Source: a virus. Taken from it: a stretch of 64,000 nucleotides of DNA. The position numbers and the translations under genes were made by a program. Location: the IMG/VR virus record IMGVR_UViG_3300045988_046933, positions 1 to 64,000 of that record; one strand, written 5' to 3'. Numbering within the stretch: position 1 is the stretch's first letter; every line of letters starts with the position of its first letter. The notes under the pieces are model-generated. The model saw only the letters and a list, made by a program, of their open reading frames with translations. It made no database searches and was not told where the DNA came from. Shown piece after piece: positions 29,904 through 39,973 of this stretch.

Positions 29904-29946
29904 AAAAGGGTAGAGAGGTTAATCCTCCCTACCCTTTCTTTTTTTT
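29904..29946. terminator. bidirectional rho-independent terminator at the convergence point of the two blocks
   Basis: AAGGGTAGAGAGG (29906-29918) pairs with CCTCCCTACCCTT (29924-29936) with one mismatch. The loop is TTAAT. TCTTTTTTTT follows on the plus strand and TTTTATCTTTAT follows on the minus strand. Confidence 0.8.
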
Positions 29947-29954
29947 CAAAAGCT

Positions 29955-32900
29955 TTATAATTTTAAGCATTTTAGTTTATGCTCCATTTCTTCATCTTCA
30001 AGTGAAGACCAAGAAGTCTCATTAAAACCTTGCATTTCAATTCCTTCTCTTTGTTCCTGAGTTAAATTATTCCATTGGTATTCCTCTGGTACAGGTGTAG
30101 ACCTAGTTGTAATATCCATATTGAAATTATTTAGTTCAATAGAATCTACTCCAAACATATCCCCTAAATAACTATCATTAAATTCAGTTCCTAAAATAGG
30201 GTCTACAGTTTCAGTTGAAGACTCTGAAGGTATAGCTTCTGTTGGTCTAGCTTCATCATTGGTCTCTGCTTTGACAGCATTTTCAACCTCACCAAACATT
30301 GCTCTTTCTTCATTTGTCATTTTCTCCCAAACTATATGAGGTTCTGTATAATTTACTGCAATAATAGGTTGTAATTCAGGGTTTGCTCCTGTGTAATTTT
30401 TACCATCAATAAGTAATTGATTAGGTTTTTCAGGAGATACTGAGTAATCTGCTGAACCATTCTTCCAACCTGATGGAGGTGGGTATTCAACACCAATAGG
30501 AATTAAGTTAAGTGATTTAACTTGTATTCCATATTTACTTTCTAAAAACTTCTTATATAATGATAGCTGTCTTGAATACTTCTCTTGTTTATGTTGGTCT
30601 ATACCACTTCTATTTGTCTTCATATCAAAGATAAAGAAGTTTCCATTTCCATCATAAGCAAGTAAGTCAAGTGTACCTGCAACATCTACTGTATGTATCT
30701 TACCATTTGAATCCAATACATCTAATGAACCTGTAACTGTTACATCTCTTGGAATTATTGTAAGACCATTTGATATAAAGTTATTTCTAAGACCCATTAA
30801 CTCTTCTCTAAACTTTTGTAAAGCTTCTTCAGTAGCATTAGGATATTTTTCTGATAATTCTGTTACAACATTATTTGATACTTTATCTTGGAATGTATTG
30901 TTTACTGGATTATATCCTTTAGTAAAGTCTCTTATTGTTAAATGATTAAAGTCTTCTAAAGTAAGATTATCTAAATCTTCTTTACTCCATGTACCAAAGG
31001 TTTCTCCTAGAGTTTTCCAAATATCTAATAACCAATCTTTAAGTTTACTAATAATATTAGATTGTCCCTTTTTATTAGCTAACTCTTTGAGTAAGGCTTC
31101 CCCTTCTGTTCCTGTAAGTCTTGCATGAACTTCAGAAGCAATTAAATTATCTAACTTCTTTCCATTTATGCCTAACTGTTGCCAAGCTTTACCATAATGT
31201 TCACTATTTAGAATTTCATTCCACAAAGTTGTTTGCTTCATTAATTCTACACCTCTATTCCACAACTTTGAATTTTTCTGTTGTACTATTCTATCCCAAA
31301 GATGAGTATATTCATGTATAGGATGTTCAGGAGAAATCTTAGTTTCATCAAGATAAACATTACCTTCTTTATCTACAAAGCCATAAACTTCTCCTTGAGG
31401 AGTTGTATAAGTAGTTATATCATCATTAGTTCTGGAGAATGTTCCTACATTGTCTGTAGCTGATTTAATTTGATTGGGTGCTATAAAACTATAAGAAGTT
31501 CCTCCTTTTTCTGCTTTATTTTCATATTTTGTACCATCATATCCTAAAGAAAGCATTAAGTCTCTTAATTCTGAATTAGATATTCCTCTAAGTGAAGAAT
31601 ATTTATCTCTAGAAATAATACCTTGTTTATATAATTCTGATAGCATAGAGCTTACAGTTTCATGTACAAAATCAGGAGTTTCTAATGGATTTCCTATATT
31701 AAGAAATAAAGCAAATTGAGTGCCTTTAATTTTATTAGCAGTTTCTTGTGTACCTACATGACCAAAGGGTTCTGATGTCCAAGGCATAATCCTTGATTTA
31801 TGGTCCATATCAAATATACCATTAAATTCAAATGGTGTATTATGATAAACAACTAAAGGCTCACCATTTTCATCAACTACTTTAGAAGCTTCTGAAGGAT
31901 TATTTTCCCAATCACCAAACCAATCTTTAAAAGCTTTAGTTCTAACTTGAAGCCATTGTCTTTCTGTAAGATTAGTAGGCTTGCCATTAGGAGCTTTCAT
32001 AAAAGTACCATCTGCTATAGCCCTTTTCTTAATTTCATCCATTTCTTTTTGGACTTCAGGACTCTCTGTAGCTTGTTGAACTGATTGCAAATTATGAGTT
32101 CTTAGAAATTCCTGCATTCCTCTACTACCAGAAACTGATAATCCTATATTTTGTAAATGATTCCAAAGTTGAGTAGCAATTGGAGAGGTTGTAATACTAT
32201 CTAGTTTTCCAGCAAAAAAGTCTCTAACAAATTCATCAAATCCTGTGCCTATATTAGTAGAAGGTACAACCCAAGGACTATTAGGGTCAAATCTTTCTCC
32301 AGCTCTTTCATCAGCATTAATCATTGATGTAACTCTAGCTAAGAACTTGCCTGTTCTAGTATCTCTATAACCAGAATCATCTGCTAATTTTTCAATATGT
32401 TTTGAATCATCTTCTATCTGAGCTGCTATACTAGCAGCTTTTTCTCTTGCAGGATTAGTAGGAGTACTAGGCTTACCATCAAGAACTACACCAGTATCAG
32501 TAACTATAGCATTACCTGATTTTACCTGACCTTCTGCAATAGTGGGAGTAGTAATAGGCTGTTGAGGTTGTGCATTTACTGCATTAGCAGTTTCTGTAAA
32601 TGCAGGAGTGCCATCAGCTTTAAATGGATTTTGAACTGCAATACCTTGTATTCTATAATTAAAAGTTGTAGCAGCAGCTCCTAATATACCATCCTCATAT
32701 ATATCACTAATATTATCAGCAGCAGCCCTACTTTCAGATGTTTTTTCAGCATCAGAATATAGAACATTCCATTTAGCAAATGAGTCATTAGAGTTAGCCA
32801 TTCTAACTTTTCCACTATCATCTAGTATCAAGTTTCTGATGAAATCATCTTTAAAATCTTTAATATCCTGCTCCGTCATTCCACTATTAAATGTAGCTAA

Positions 32901-35900
32901 TGGAATTACCTCGGAGGTATTAGTATTTACAAGACTTAAATCCATTATTCTATTATCACCATCAACTTCAGATGTAGGAGTTATTCTATATTCCCACCCA
33001 TCTTTTATAGGAATATTAATGAAATTATCAATCTTTTTTTGAAGATTACTAGCCATAGTTTGCAATGCTTCAGCAGTTGCTTCTGTAGGTACTACTTGTC
33101 CATCAATTTCTTCATAGACTAAATCATCTGAATTAAAACTTTTAACAAAAGTTTCTAATGCTTTAGCAGCTCTAGATGTTCTACTATTGAAGTTTACAAT
33201 ATCTCCATCTCTAGCTTCATCTTCAAAGATATTATCAGAATTTCTAGCAGTACTTTCGTTAATAGGACTTACAAATATTTCTATTTGATTAAATCTTCCA
33301 TTCAAGGTTGGTTGATTAAACACTAATGCTTTTCTACCACCTATCATCTTAGTTCCAAGTCTTTTTAAGAAGTTTCTCTTTGCCTTCTGATATGCAGGAT
33401 TTCTTCTTCTTTGCTTCTTATCTTGTGACTCTAGTGAAGTTCTTTCATCTTGATTTAGGTCATTTATTGCAACATCAATAACATTATTTCTACCTCTATA
33501 ATTTATATCTGCTGAATAAGCTTTTGGCTTTCCATAAGCTTTAGTTACAATAGGCTTACCATTAATAGATATTAATTGAGTTCCAGTATTACTTTGAGCA
33601 GCATTCCTAATAGGAGCCATGTGTGTAGAACCTGCACTTCCTAAGTGATTAGTTGAAGCCATCACACTAATAGGCTGATATTTTTTATCCCCAATAACAA
33701 CAGGACCATTCTTAGATTCTACCACTGCAATAATTGGCATATATACTCCAGGATTATAGGTGTATCCATTGGATTCCATATCTTGCTTTACTACATTAGA
33801 AAATTCTTCATCTGTGATAAAGAATATATCTGGATTACTATCTAATATTCCATTTCTTAAAGCTTCTTCTATATTATACTTCTCATAGTATTTTATAGTA
33901 GGACTATTAGGAAATCTTTGTCTAATGTTATCAATGTTTACACTAGCTATAAAAGACGAGCTATTGTTTGCAGTAGGATACATATTATAGTTAGAGTTCA
34001 ACTGTCTATTAGTATTATCTAACTGCTGCCTTTTTTTATCAAAAAGAGGTGACTTAGATTTCTTTTCCTCTGTTACAGATTGTTCAGAAACTTTAGCTGC
34101 CTTAACCTTTGCAGCTATCTGCCTTAATAAATCAGCTCTTGGGTCTGTTCCATCTTCAGAGTTAGTCTCTCTTGTATTAGCTGAGGATATAAGAGCATCT
34201 ACAAAGTCTTCTACATTTTCAAATGAATTTGTACTTAAACTTTCAATAAATTGTCTTACATCATCTTTTACAATAAATGCTTTATCAGGTTGATTTTTAG
34301 CTACATTAAGAGCTATCTCTGCTGCTTTAGCAACATCTTCATTACTATTATCAGCAAAAGCTTGTATTATTGGATTTCTTCCTTCAGTACTAGTAGTATT
34401 ATTAGTAGGCTGATTACCTACTGTTTCAGTTTGTGCTGTTCCAATAGGTATATCTTCATTACTAATTACTGAACCATTTTTATCAATATAACCACCTTCA
34501 GGAGTACTACTTCCTGCTATATCAAAGATACTCTTAGTCTTAGTTTCTGTTGCTCCCTTTTGTACTACTGGCTCTGGATTAGCAGTAGGAGCAGACTGTT
34601 CTGGTGTAGTAGGAGTTACTTCTATAGGAGCTTCATTAGCTTCTCTTTGAGCATTCTCCTTATTGTAAGTAGCCATTACATCATTAAAGTTCTGTATAGC
34701 TTCTCCAATACTTGTAAAGGCTGTTTGTTCTGCTTCAGGTATAGTAGAATTAACTTCTTCCACATATTTTCTGAACTCAGATACACCATTTTCATCTACT
34801 GCTGACAGAGCATTTACTACAGCTTGATTATCATTAAAGTCAATTCCTTTATCAGATAAGTAAGTTATAGTATGAGCAAACATTTCTTTATCATTATCTG
34901 ACATGTTTTTGTGATTATCAGAGTCAGAAACTTGCTCTATAAGGTCTTGAAGCATTTGTCTCTCTTGACTATACCTTTCAAAGTTAGCATTATCCTTATT
35001 TCTGAAAGCTCTTGTAATTAATGATTGCTCTCTAAATGAACTTTCATTATACATTTTGTCCATTTCTCTAGCAAAAGTAGCATAATCTTGAATATTATTC
35101 ATTGCTTGGTACTTTCTCCTAGAGGCTATATCAGCAGCAGATTGTCTAGCATTATAGACATAGTTATTGAAACTATCTGGGTCACTTAATATAGCTTGAT
35201 ACTGAGCATTAAATGTGTCAATAGAGTTCTTAATTCTTCCAGCATCTATTATCTTATCAAGAAAATTTTCATCCTGTGCAGTTCCTTGATTGACAAGATT
35301 ATCTATTACAGCTTGCTGTTCTTCACTATAGAAAGGCTTCTCTTCAGCCTTAACAGCATCAAGTTCTTTCTGAGCTTTAGATATTTCTACATCTAGCTTT
35401 TGTACTTGTTTATTATGTCCCTTCTTTACTCTACCATTGTCTTTTATATATTTTGATTTCTGTTCATTAAGAGACTCCAGTCTAGCATTAAGTTCATCAA
35501 CTCTTCTATTATATTCTTCTCTGCCACCATGAGTAGCTACATAAGTCTTTTGCTTGCCCTTTCTAAGCATTATAGACCTAGATATGGGGTCAAGATTCAT
35601 AATTTCTTCTTCACTAAGAACTTCAGAAGTACCTTCTTCAATATCATTGATTGCATCAAGTCTTTTAAGTTCTTTCTCAAGGGATTTACTCTTAACTTTT
35701 TTATCCTTTAGGATATTCCTTTCATTGTCAGTAAGATTCTTCCTACTAGTAATATTCTTAATATCCTCATTAATAGAATTAAGGCTTTTCTGAATTTCAG
35801 CCTGTCTCTTTTTAGCTTCTGCAATAGAGTTATAAGCAGCTAAGATTTCTTTCTGTTTTGCACTTAATGCAGAACTATGCTCTACTGAATTTCCTATTTG

Positions 35901-38384
35901 AATATTAGCAAGCTCTTCTTTCAGCTTTTGTTCTCTCTGATGCCAATCTTTAAGCATCATTTGACCATATATAAGAGATTGTTTAGTATCCTCATCAACA
36001 TTACCAAGTAATTTATCTACTCTATCCGATTCTTGTTGAATAATATCAAGAGTAGATAACATCTTATTTGCATTTGATTTTAAAGTTTTAAGAATTTCTT
36101 CATCACTTTGTTTTTCATCAGAGGTATTAGCATTATCCCTCATTGCAGATATATATTTTTCTGCTAGTTCTGAACCTTCTTCAAGGTTTGCAATCTCTGT
36201 AAGCTGATTAAGGTAAGTATCATAATATTGAGTACCTTGAAGCTTTTGTAACATAAAAGCATCACTAATAGTCTTACCTAAGGCACTATTTCTATAGCCA
36301 AATTCATCACTGCCAAGACCTGCATCACCCATAGATTTAGCCCAGTTAAAAGTTCCAACTAGACCATCAAATTTACTCTTATTGTCAGGGTCTCTAAGCC
36401 ATTCTTGTAATACTTGAGCAGTCTCTTCAGCTTGATGTTGTTGAATTTGATTATCTCTATGAGCTTGAAATAGACCACTTCTCCAAGGAGTAATTCTTCT
36501 AAGTCTCTCCCAATTAGATTCTAGTTCACCTTTTTCATTAAGACCTCTACCAAAATAAGTAGTTTCTGCTTTACCATCAACTATTCTACCTGTTCTAGTT
36601 TTGTGACCTAATGAAGGAGTTCCCATTATAGAAGATATAGCTCCATATATACCAGATTTAATAGTTTCTTTATCCAGAGTAGAACCTGTAAATGCTGTCC
36701 AAGCAGCTCCCCAATCACTTGAGAAATTATCTCCTACTGCTGCACTACCATCACCTTTATATTTATTGTCAATAAACTGGTGTATATTGTTTTCTGCACC
36801 ACCTCTCATAGTAGCATCAGAAATACTCTGCATATACTCTTCGCCAAATTCACCAAGAGGCTCCTTAATTAGATTCCAAGCTTTCTTACCTATGCCAAAT
36901 CTAGGAGTTACAGTTGTTGTAGCTCCACTACCTGTAATAGTAAAGTTAGGTCTAGGTTGTGCCCAACCAAATAATTTAGACTTAGATAGTGCATTTCTAA
37001 CAGAAGGTGCTTGTAAACCTGCTTTCAAGGTACTATTTACCATACCATTGATAAGAGAGTTTACATAAAAATTATTTATTCCTGCTTTTGTTGCAGCATA
37101 TTCAACTTGCTTTAGAGACTCCTCATATTTAGGAGAGTATTCATCCCATACTTGCTGATAAATCTGGTTAATATCATATAGTTTACCAGTCTTCTTATCT
37201 TTGTATTTAACTACTTGTCCAGTATTATCAGCACCATCTTTTATCATTACCTGGTCATATTGTCCAAGTCTTCTATTAACTTCAGCACCTACCTCTTGTT
37301 GATGCATCTGTTGTACAGCTCTTATACCATCTTCTTCTGCTTGTTGCTTGGTATTAAGACCCTCAGAAAGACCTTCCATAGTACCTACCATACCTGGTAT
37401 AATAAACTTATTAGTAAAGTTCTCTGCTTTCTGTAACTTAGTAAGAGCACTTGTTAATGCTTCACCTGTCTTAATTGCTTTAGTTGCTGTACCTAAGCCT
37501 TTAAATAATATAGAAGCAAGCTTAGCTTCTCCTACTCCTACAAACATTGATGCAAGAGTGAAACCACCTGATTGTAGTGCTACCCAAGGACTAGCTGAAC
37601 TTAGTAAACTTTCTTGTTGGTCTCTAGTCTCAGCAATTTGTAAAGCTGACAATCCTGTTTCTTTCTGCTTTGCTATGTTCTCAGGAAGTATAGCTCCATA
37701 TTGAACTATATCATTACCATATCTAGTCCATTCATTATCCATCACAGAGTTCATAAAGTTATCCCAACCATCAAGGTCTGGATTATCTTTATAAGTTCCA
37801 TCAAAATAATTTATAGCACCTTTCACTGAACCTGCTAAACCAACTATAGCACCAGCAGCAGATGCTCCTAATCCTCTAAAACCATTCCATGCTTGCTCAT
37901 ACCAAGGTTGATTCTTAGCTACATTATCCTGTATTGTGCCATTAAGATAATTATTAGCTTGCTCTGTGCCATAAGCATCATTTATAGCTTGATACTGTGC
38001 AGCTATCTCTGCCCAATCTTGGTCATTAAAACTGATTTTATCAGAGTTCTTAAATTCTTGATACCAATTAGATACTTTACTAGCTAGATTTCTAATATCT
38101 AAGGATGCTTTATTATTTCCACCCCAACCAACATGTAATTTATCTTGGTAATCCTTTAGAAATTTATTGTAAGATAATTCCCTTTGAGCAAGATTAGATG
38201 CCATATTCTGTGCCATCACTGTCTTAGGGTCAATATAACTACTATCAATATTTACATTGAAATTATATGATGGAGCAGTAGCAGTACCTCCACTTATTTG
38301 GTTAAGGTACTGCTTATCTGCTGTACTTCTATCAGAAGCTTTTAGTCCTCTTAGACTACTATTATCAAAATTTAATACTGGCAT
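29955..38384 (-). CDS. giant polyvalent virion/ejected protein. It has an N-terminal Gly/Ala-hydrophobic and coiled-coil region. The C-terminus carries an ART-PolyVal-like module, an HExxH metallopeptidase module and a PD-(D/E)XK nuclease module.
   Basis: 2809-aa uninterrupted ORF. KAFKDWFGDWENN..VVDENGEPLVVYHNTPF...NQIKSATDNVGTFS spans about nt 31413-31937. PIHEYTHLWD has HExxH at 31302-31316. LDLLAYDGNGNFFIFDMKT...YSRQLSLYKKFL spans about nt 30470-30800. Confidence 0.7.
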   Translation of the reverse strand: MPVLNFDNSSLRGLKASDRSTADKQYLNQISGGTATAPSYNFNVNIDSSYIDPKTVMAQNMASNLAQRELSYNKFLKDYQDKLHVGWGGNNKASLDIRNLASKVSNWYQEFKNSDKISFNDQDWAEIAAQYQAINDAYGTEQANNYLNGTIQDNVAKNQPWYEQAWNGFRGLGASAAGAIVGLAGSVKGAINYFDGTYKDNPDLDGWDNFMNSVMDNEWTRYGNDIVQYGAILPENIAKQKETGLSALQIAETRDQQESLLSSASPWVALQSGGFTLASMFVGVGEAKLASILFKGLGTATKAIKTGEALTSALTKLQKAENFTNKFIIPGMVGTMEGLSEGLNTKQQAEEDGIRAVQQMHQQEVGAEVNRRLGQYDQVMIKDGADNTGQVVKYKDKKTGKLYDINQIYQQVWDEYSPKYEESLKQVEYAATKAGINNFYVNSLINGMVNSTLKAGLQAPSVRNALSKSKLFGWAQPRPNFTITGSGATTTVTPRFGIGKKAWNLIKEPLGEFGEEYMQSISDATMRGGAENNIHQFIDNKYKGDGSAAVGDNFSSDWGAAWTAFTGSTLDKETIKSGIYGAISSIMGTPSLGHKTRTGRIVDGKAETTYFGRGLNEKGELESNWERLRRITPWRSGLFQAHRDNQIQQHQAEETAQVLQEWLRDPDNKSKFDGLVGTFNWAKSMGDAGLGSDEFGYRNSALGKTISDAFMLQKLQGTQYYDTYLNQLTEIANLEEGSELAEKYISAMRDNANTSDEKQSDEEILKTLKSNANKMLSTLDIIQQESDRVDKLLGNVDEDTKQSLIYGQMMLKDWHQREQKLKEELANIQIGNSVEHSSALSAKQKEILAAYNSIAEAKKRQAEIQKSLNSINEDIKNITSRKNLTDNERNILKDKKVKSKSLEKELKRLDAINDIEEGTSEVLSEEEIMNLDPISRSIMLRKGKQKTYVATHGGREEYNRRVDELNARLESLNEQKSKYIKDNGRVKKGHNKQVQKLDVEISKAQKELDAVKAEEKPFYSEEQQAVIDNLVNQGTAQDENFLDKIIDAGRIKNSIDTFNAQYQAILSDPDSFNNYVYNARQSAADIASRRKYQAMNNIQDYATFAREMDKMYNESSFREQSLITRAFRNKDNANFERYSQERQMLQDLIEQVSDSDNHKNMSDNDKEMFAHTITYLSDKGIDFNDNQAVVNALSAVDENGVSEFRKYVEEVNSTIPEAEQTAFTSIGEAIQNFNDVMATYNKENAQREANEAPIEVTPTTPEQSAPTANPEPVVQKGATETKTKSIFDIAGSSTPEGGYIDKNGSVISNEDIPIGTAQTETVGNQPTNNTTSTEGRNPIIQAFADNSNEDVAKAAEIALNVAKNQPDKAFIVKDDVRQFIESLSTNSFENVEDFVDALISSANTRETNSEDGTDPRADLLRQIAAKVKAAKVSEQSVTEEKKSKSPLFDKKRQQLDNTNRQLNSNYNMYPTANNSSSFIASVNIDNIRQRFPNSPTIKYYEKYNIEEALRNGILDSNPDIFFITDEEFSNVVKQDMESNGYTYNPGVYMPIIAVVESKNGPVVIGDKKYQPISVMASTNHLGSAGSTHMAPIRNAAQSNTGTQLISINGKPIVTKAYGKPKAYSADINYRGRNNVIDVAINDLNQDERTSLESQDKKQRRRNPAYQKAKRNFLKRLGTKMIGGRKALVFNQPTLNGRFNQIEIFVSPINESTARNSDNIFEDEARDGDIVNFNSRTSRAAKALETFVKSFNSDDLVYEEIDGQVVPTEATAEALQTMASNLQKKIDNFINIPIKDGWEYRITPTSEVDGDNRIMDLSLVNTNTSEVIPLATFNSGMTEQDIKDFKDDFIRNLILDDSGKVRMANSNDSFAKWNVLYSDAEKTSESRAAADNISDIYEDGILGAAATTFNYRIQGIAVQNPFKADGTPAFTETANAVNAQPQQPITTPTIAEGQVKSGNAIVTDTGVVLDGKPSTPTNPAREKAASIAAQIEDDSKHIEKLADDSGYRDTRTGKFLARVTSMINADERAGERFDPNSPWVVPSTNIGTGFDEFVRDFFAGKLDSITTSPIATQLWNHLQNIGLSVSGSRGMQEFLRTHNLQSVQQATESPEVQKEMDEIKKRAIADGTFMKAPNGKPTNLTERQWLQVRTKAFKDWFGDWENNPSEASKVVDENGEPLVVYHNTPFEFNGIFDMDHKSRIMPWTSEPFGHVGTQETANKIKGTQFALFLNIGNPLETPDFVHETVSSMLSELYKQGIISRDKYSSLRGISNSELRDLMLSLGYDGTKYENKAEKGGTSYSFIAPNQIKSATDNVGTFSRTNDDITTYTTPQGEVYGFVDKEGNVYLDETKISPEHPIHEYTHLWDRIVQQKNSKLWNRGVELMKQTTLWNEILNSEHYGKAWQQLGINGKKLDNLIASEVHARLTGTEGEALLKELANKKGQSNIISKLKDWLLDIWKTLGETFGTWSKEDLDNLTLEDFNHLTIRDFTKGYNPVNNTFQDKVSNNVVTELSEKYPNATEEALQKFREELMGLRNNFISNGLTIIPRDVTVTGSLDVLDSNGKIHTVDVAGTLDLLAYDGNGNFFIFDMKTNRSGIDQHKQEKYSRQLSLYKKFLESKYGIQVKSLNLIPIGVEYPPPSGWKNGSADYSVSPEKPNQLLIDGKNYTGANPELQPIIAVNYTEPHIVWEKMTNEERAMFGEVENAVKAETNDEARPTEAIPSESSTETVDPILGTEFNDSYLGDMFGVDSIELNNFNMDITTRSTPVPEEYQWNNLTQEQREGIEMQGFNETSWSSLEDEEMEHKLKCLKL

Positions 38385-38387
38385 ATT

Positions 38388-39971
38388 TTATTTATATTCA
38401 TTGTTTTGGAATATTATATAACTATCCTTTGGATTATCTCTACCAAATAGTTCAGAAGATTTTCCAGGTACCTTATATATCACATAAGGTTGACCAGGCT
38501 GCACGCCTGCATCTATTGCAGCTTGTGAAATACTGGCTTGTACATCAGGGGGGAGATTTGCAAATGCTGCATCAGGCATATATTCAAGATTCTTTGTTGG
38601 ATACTCTATATTACCCCAAGAGTTTACAGCTTCACTTTCTGTACTTCCAAATAGTGCTCTTTTTCCTCCTATAGTCTTGTAGCCTTTGGAAGGATTCTTG
38701 GCATCTGCCAATATAGGTGCTCCTGTTTTTTCTGATATAGCAAGTCTTCTATTATCTCCCATACCTAAATCATTTCCTTTCTTACCCCATTGGTAGCTTC
38801 CGTTATGTGGGATAACTGCCATTACAGGAGTAAGTCCTTGAGCTTTTATTTTGTCTAAGTCAGTTGCTGATGATAGGGTTTTAGGAGTAGCTCCCGCAAC
38901 GTTTAACTTTGTATCAGAATCATCTTTTCCGTTTTTATAACTTTGAGTTCCTACCTTTGAAATATTTCCATTTTGTCCATGCATTACTCTACCATTTTTA
39001 TCAACTATCATTCCAATCTTAGGGTCATAGTAACTACCTGTACCCTTTCCATCAGCACTAATTATTTCTCTGGGTGCAGTTTGTTCTCTTTGAAATTTTT
39101 GTGTAGCTTCTCTTTCGCTCTTTTGGAACTCTTGAGCTGCCTTCTGTCTAGCCATAGCATGAGCATTACTTAAATTTTCTTGTGCTCTCCAGTTATTAAC
39201 TAACTGAACTTCATCTTGACCTACAGCATTCCATAATCCACGTCTTGCATAATCATATGCTTGTTGTATAGTAGACTTACTCCCCCAATCTTTTACTCCT
39301 ATAGCATCTATGGCAGACTCTACTAAATTAGTCAGTACAGGAGAAGCGTCTGGATTATTCATAACAGCTGCAAGAACTGCTTGACTACTGAAACCTCTTT
39401 GTTTAACATACTCATAATAGTCATCTCCTACAAGTTTTCTCATCCCTTCAGGGTCATCTCTGAACTGCTTAGCTAAAGCAGAAGCACTTGCTGCTACTTC
39501 TGAAGTCAAAGCTTTCTTACTATAACTGTTACCATAAGTAACATCAGGATTCTCCATTAATTCATCAATACTAATATCTGCTGCCTTTCTCTGCCAAAAT
39601 CTTGGGTCTTGCAGCTCCAGTTTTCTTTGTTCTTCCATCAGTTCTTTCTTTCTAGTAGCTGCTTTACCTATAGGCATTATATCACTTGCATATCTTCTTT
39701 TTAAGTTAAGGAGTTGATTTCCTGTTTGCAAAGTCATTCCCCTACTAAAATCATCTGCTGCTTTATTTAGAGCATCTTCATATTTATGAAACATTTCATA
39801 AGCTTTAGGGCTTTGTGTTCTGTTAGCAACATCCTTCCACTGTTCTGTTTGTACAGCTAATGAATTATAATCTTCTTCTGCTTTATCATAAGCTTCTTTA
39901 TATATTGCCATAGGCTTAAGAAGTTCATCAAAAGAGAAAGGTCTAAATTTACTTGTAATTCTTATATTCAT
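38388..39971 (-). CDS. virion/ejected protein, function unknown
   Basis: 527-aa ORF, separated by 3 nt from both neighbours in the same unit. Confidence 0.6.
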   Translation of the reverse strand: MNIRITSKFRPFSFDELLKPMAIYKEAYDKAEEDYNSLAVQTEQWKDVANRTQSPKAYEMFHKYEDALNKAADDFSRGMTLQTGNQLLNLKRRYASDIMPIGKAATRKKELMEEQRKLELQDPRFWQRKAADISIDELMENPDVTYGNSYSKKALTSEVAASASALAKQFRDDPEGMRKLVGDDYYEYVKQRGFSSQAVLAAVMNNPDASPVLTNLVESAIDAIGVKDWGSKSTIQQAYDYARRGLWNAVGQDEVQLVNNWRAQENLSNAHAMARQKAAQEFQKSEREATQKFQREQTAPREIISADGKGTGSYYDPKIGMIVDKNGRVMHGQNGNISKVGTQSYKNGKDDSDTKLNVAGATPKTLSSATDLDKIKAQGLTPVMAVIPHNGSYQWGKKGNDLGMGDNRRLAISEKTGAPILADAKNPSKGYKTIGGKRALFGSTESEAVNSWGNIEYPTKNLEYMPDAAFANLPPDVQASISQAAIDAGVQPGQPYVIYKVPGKSSELFGRDNPKDSYIIFQNNEYK

Positions 39972-39973
39972 AA

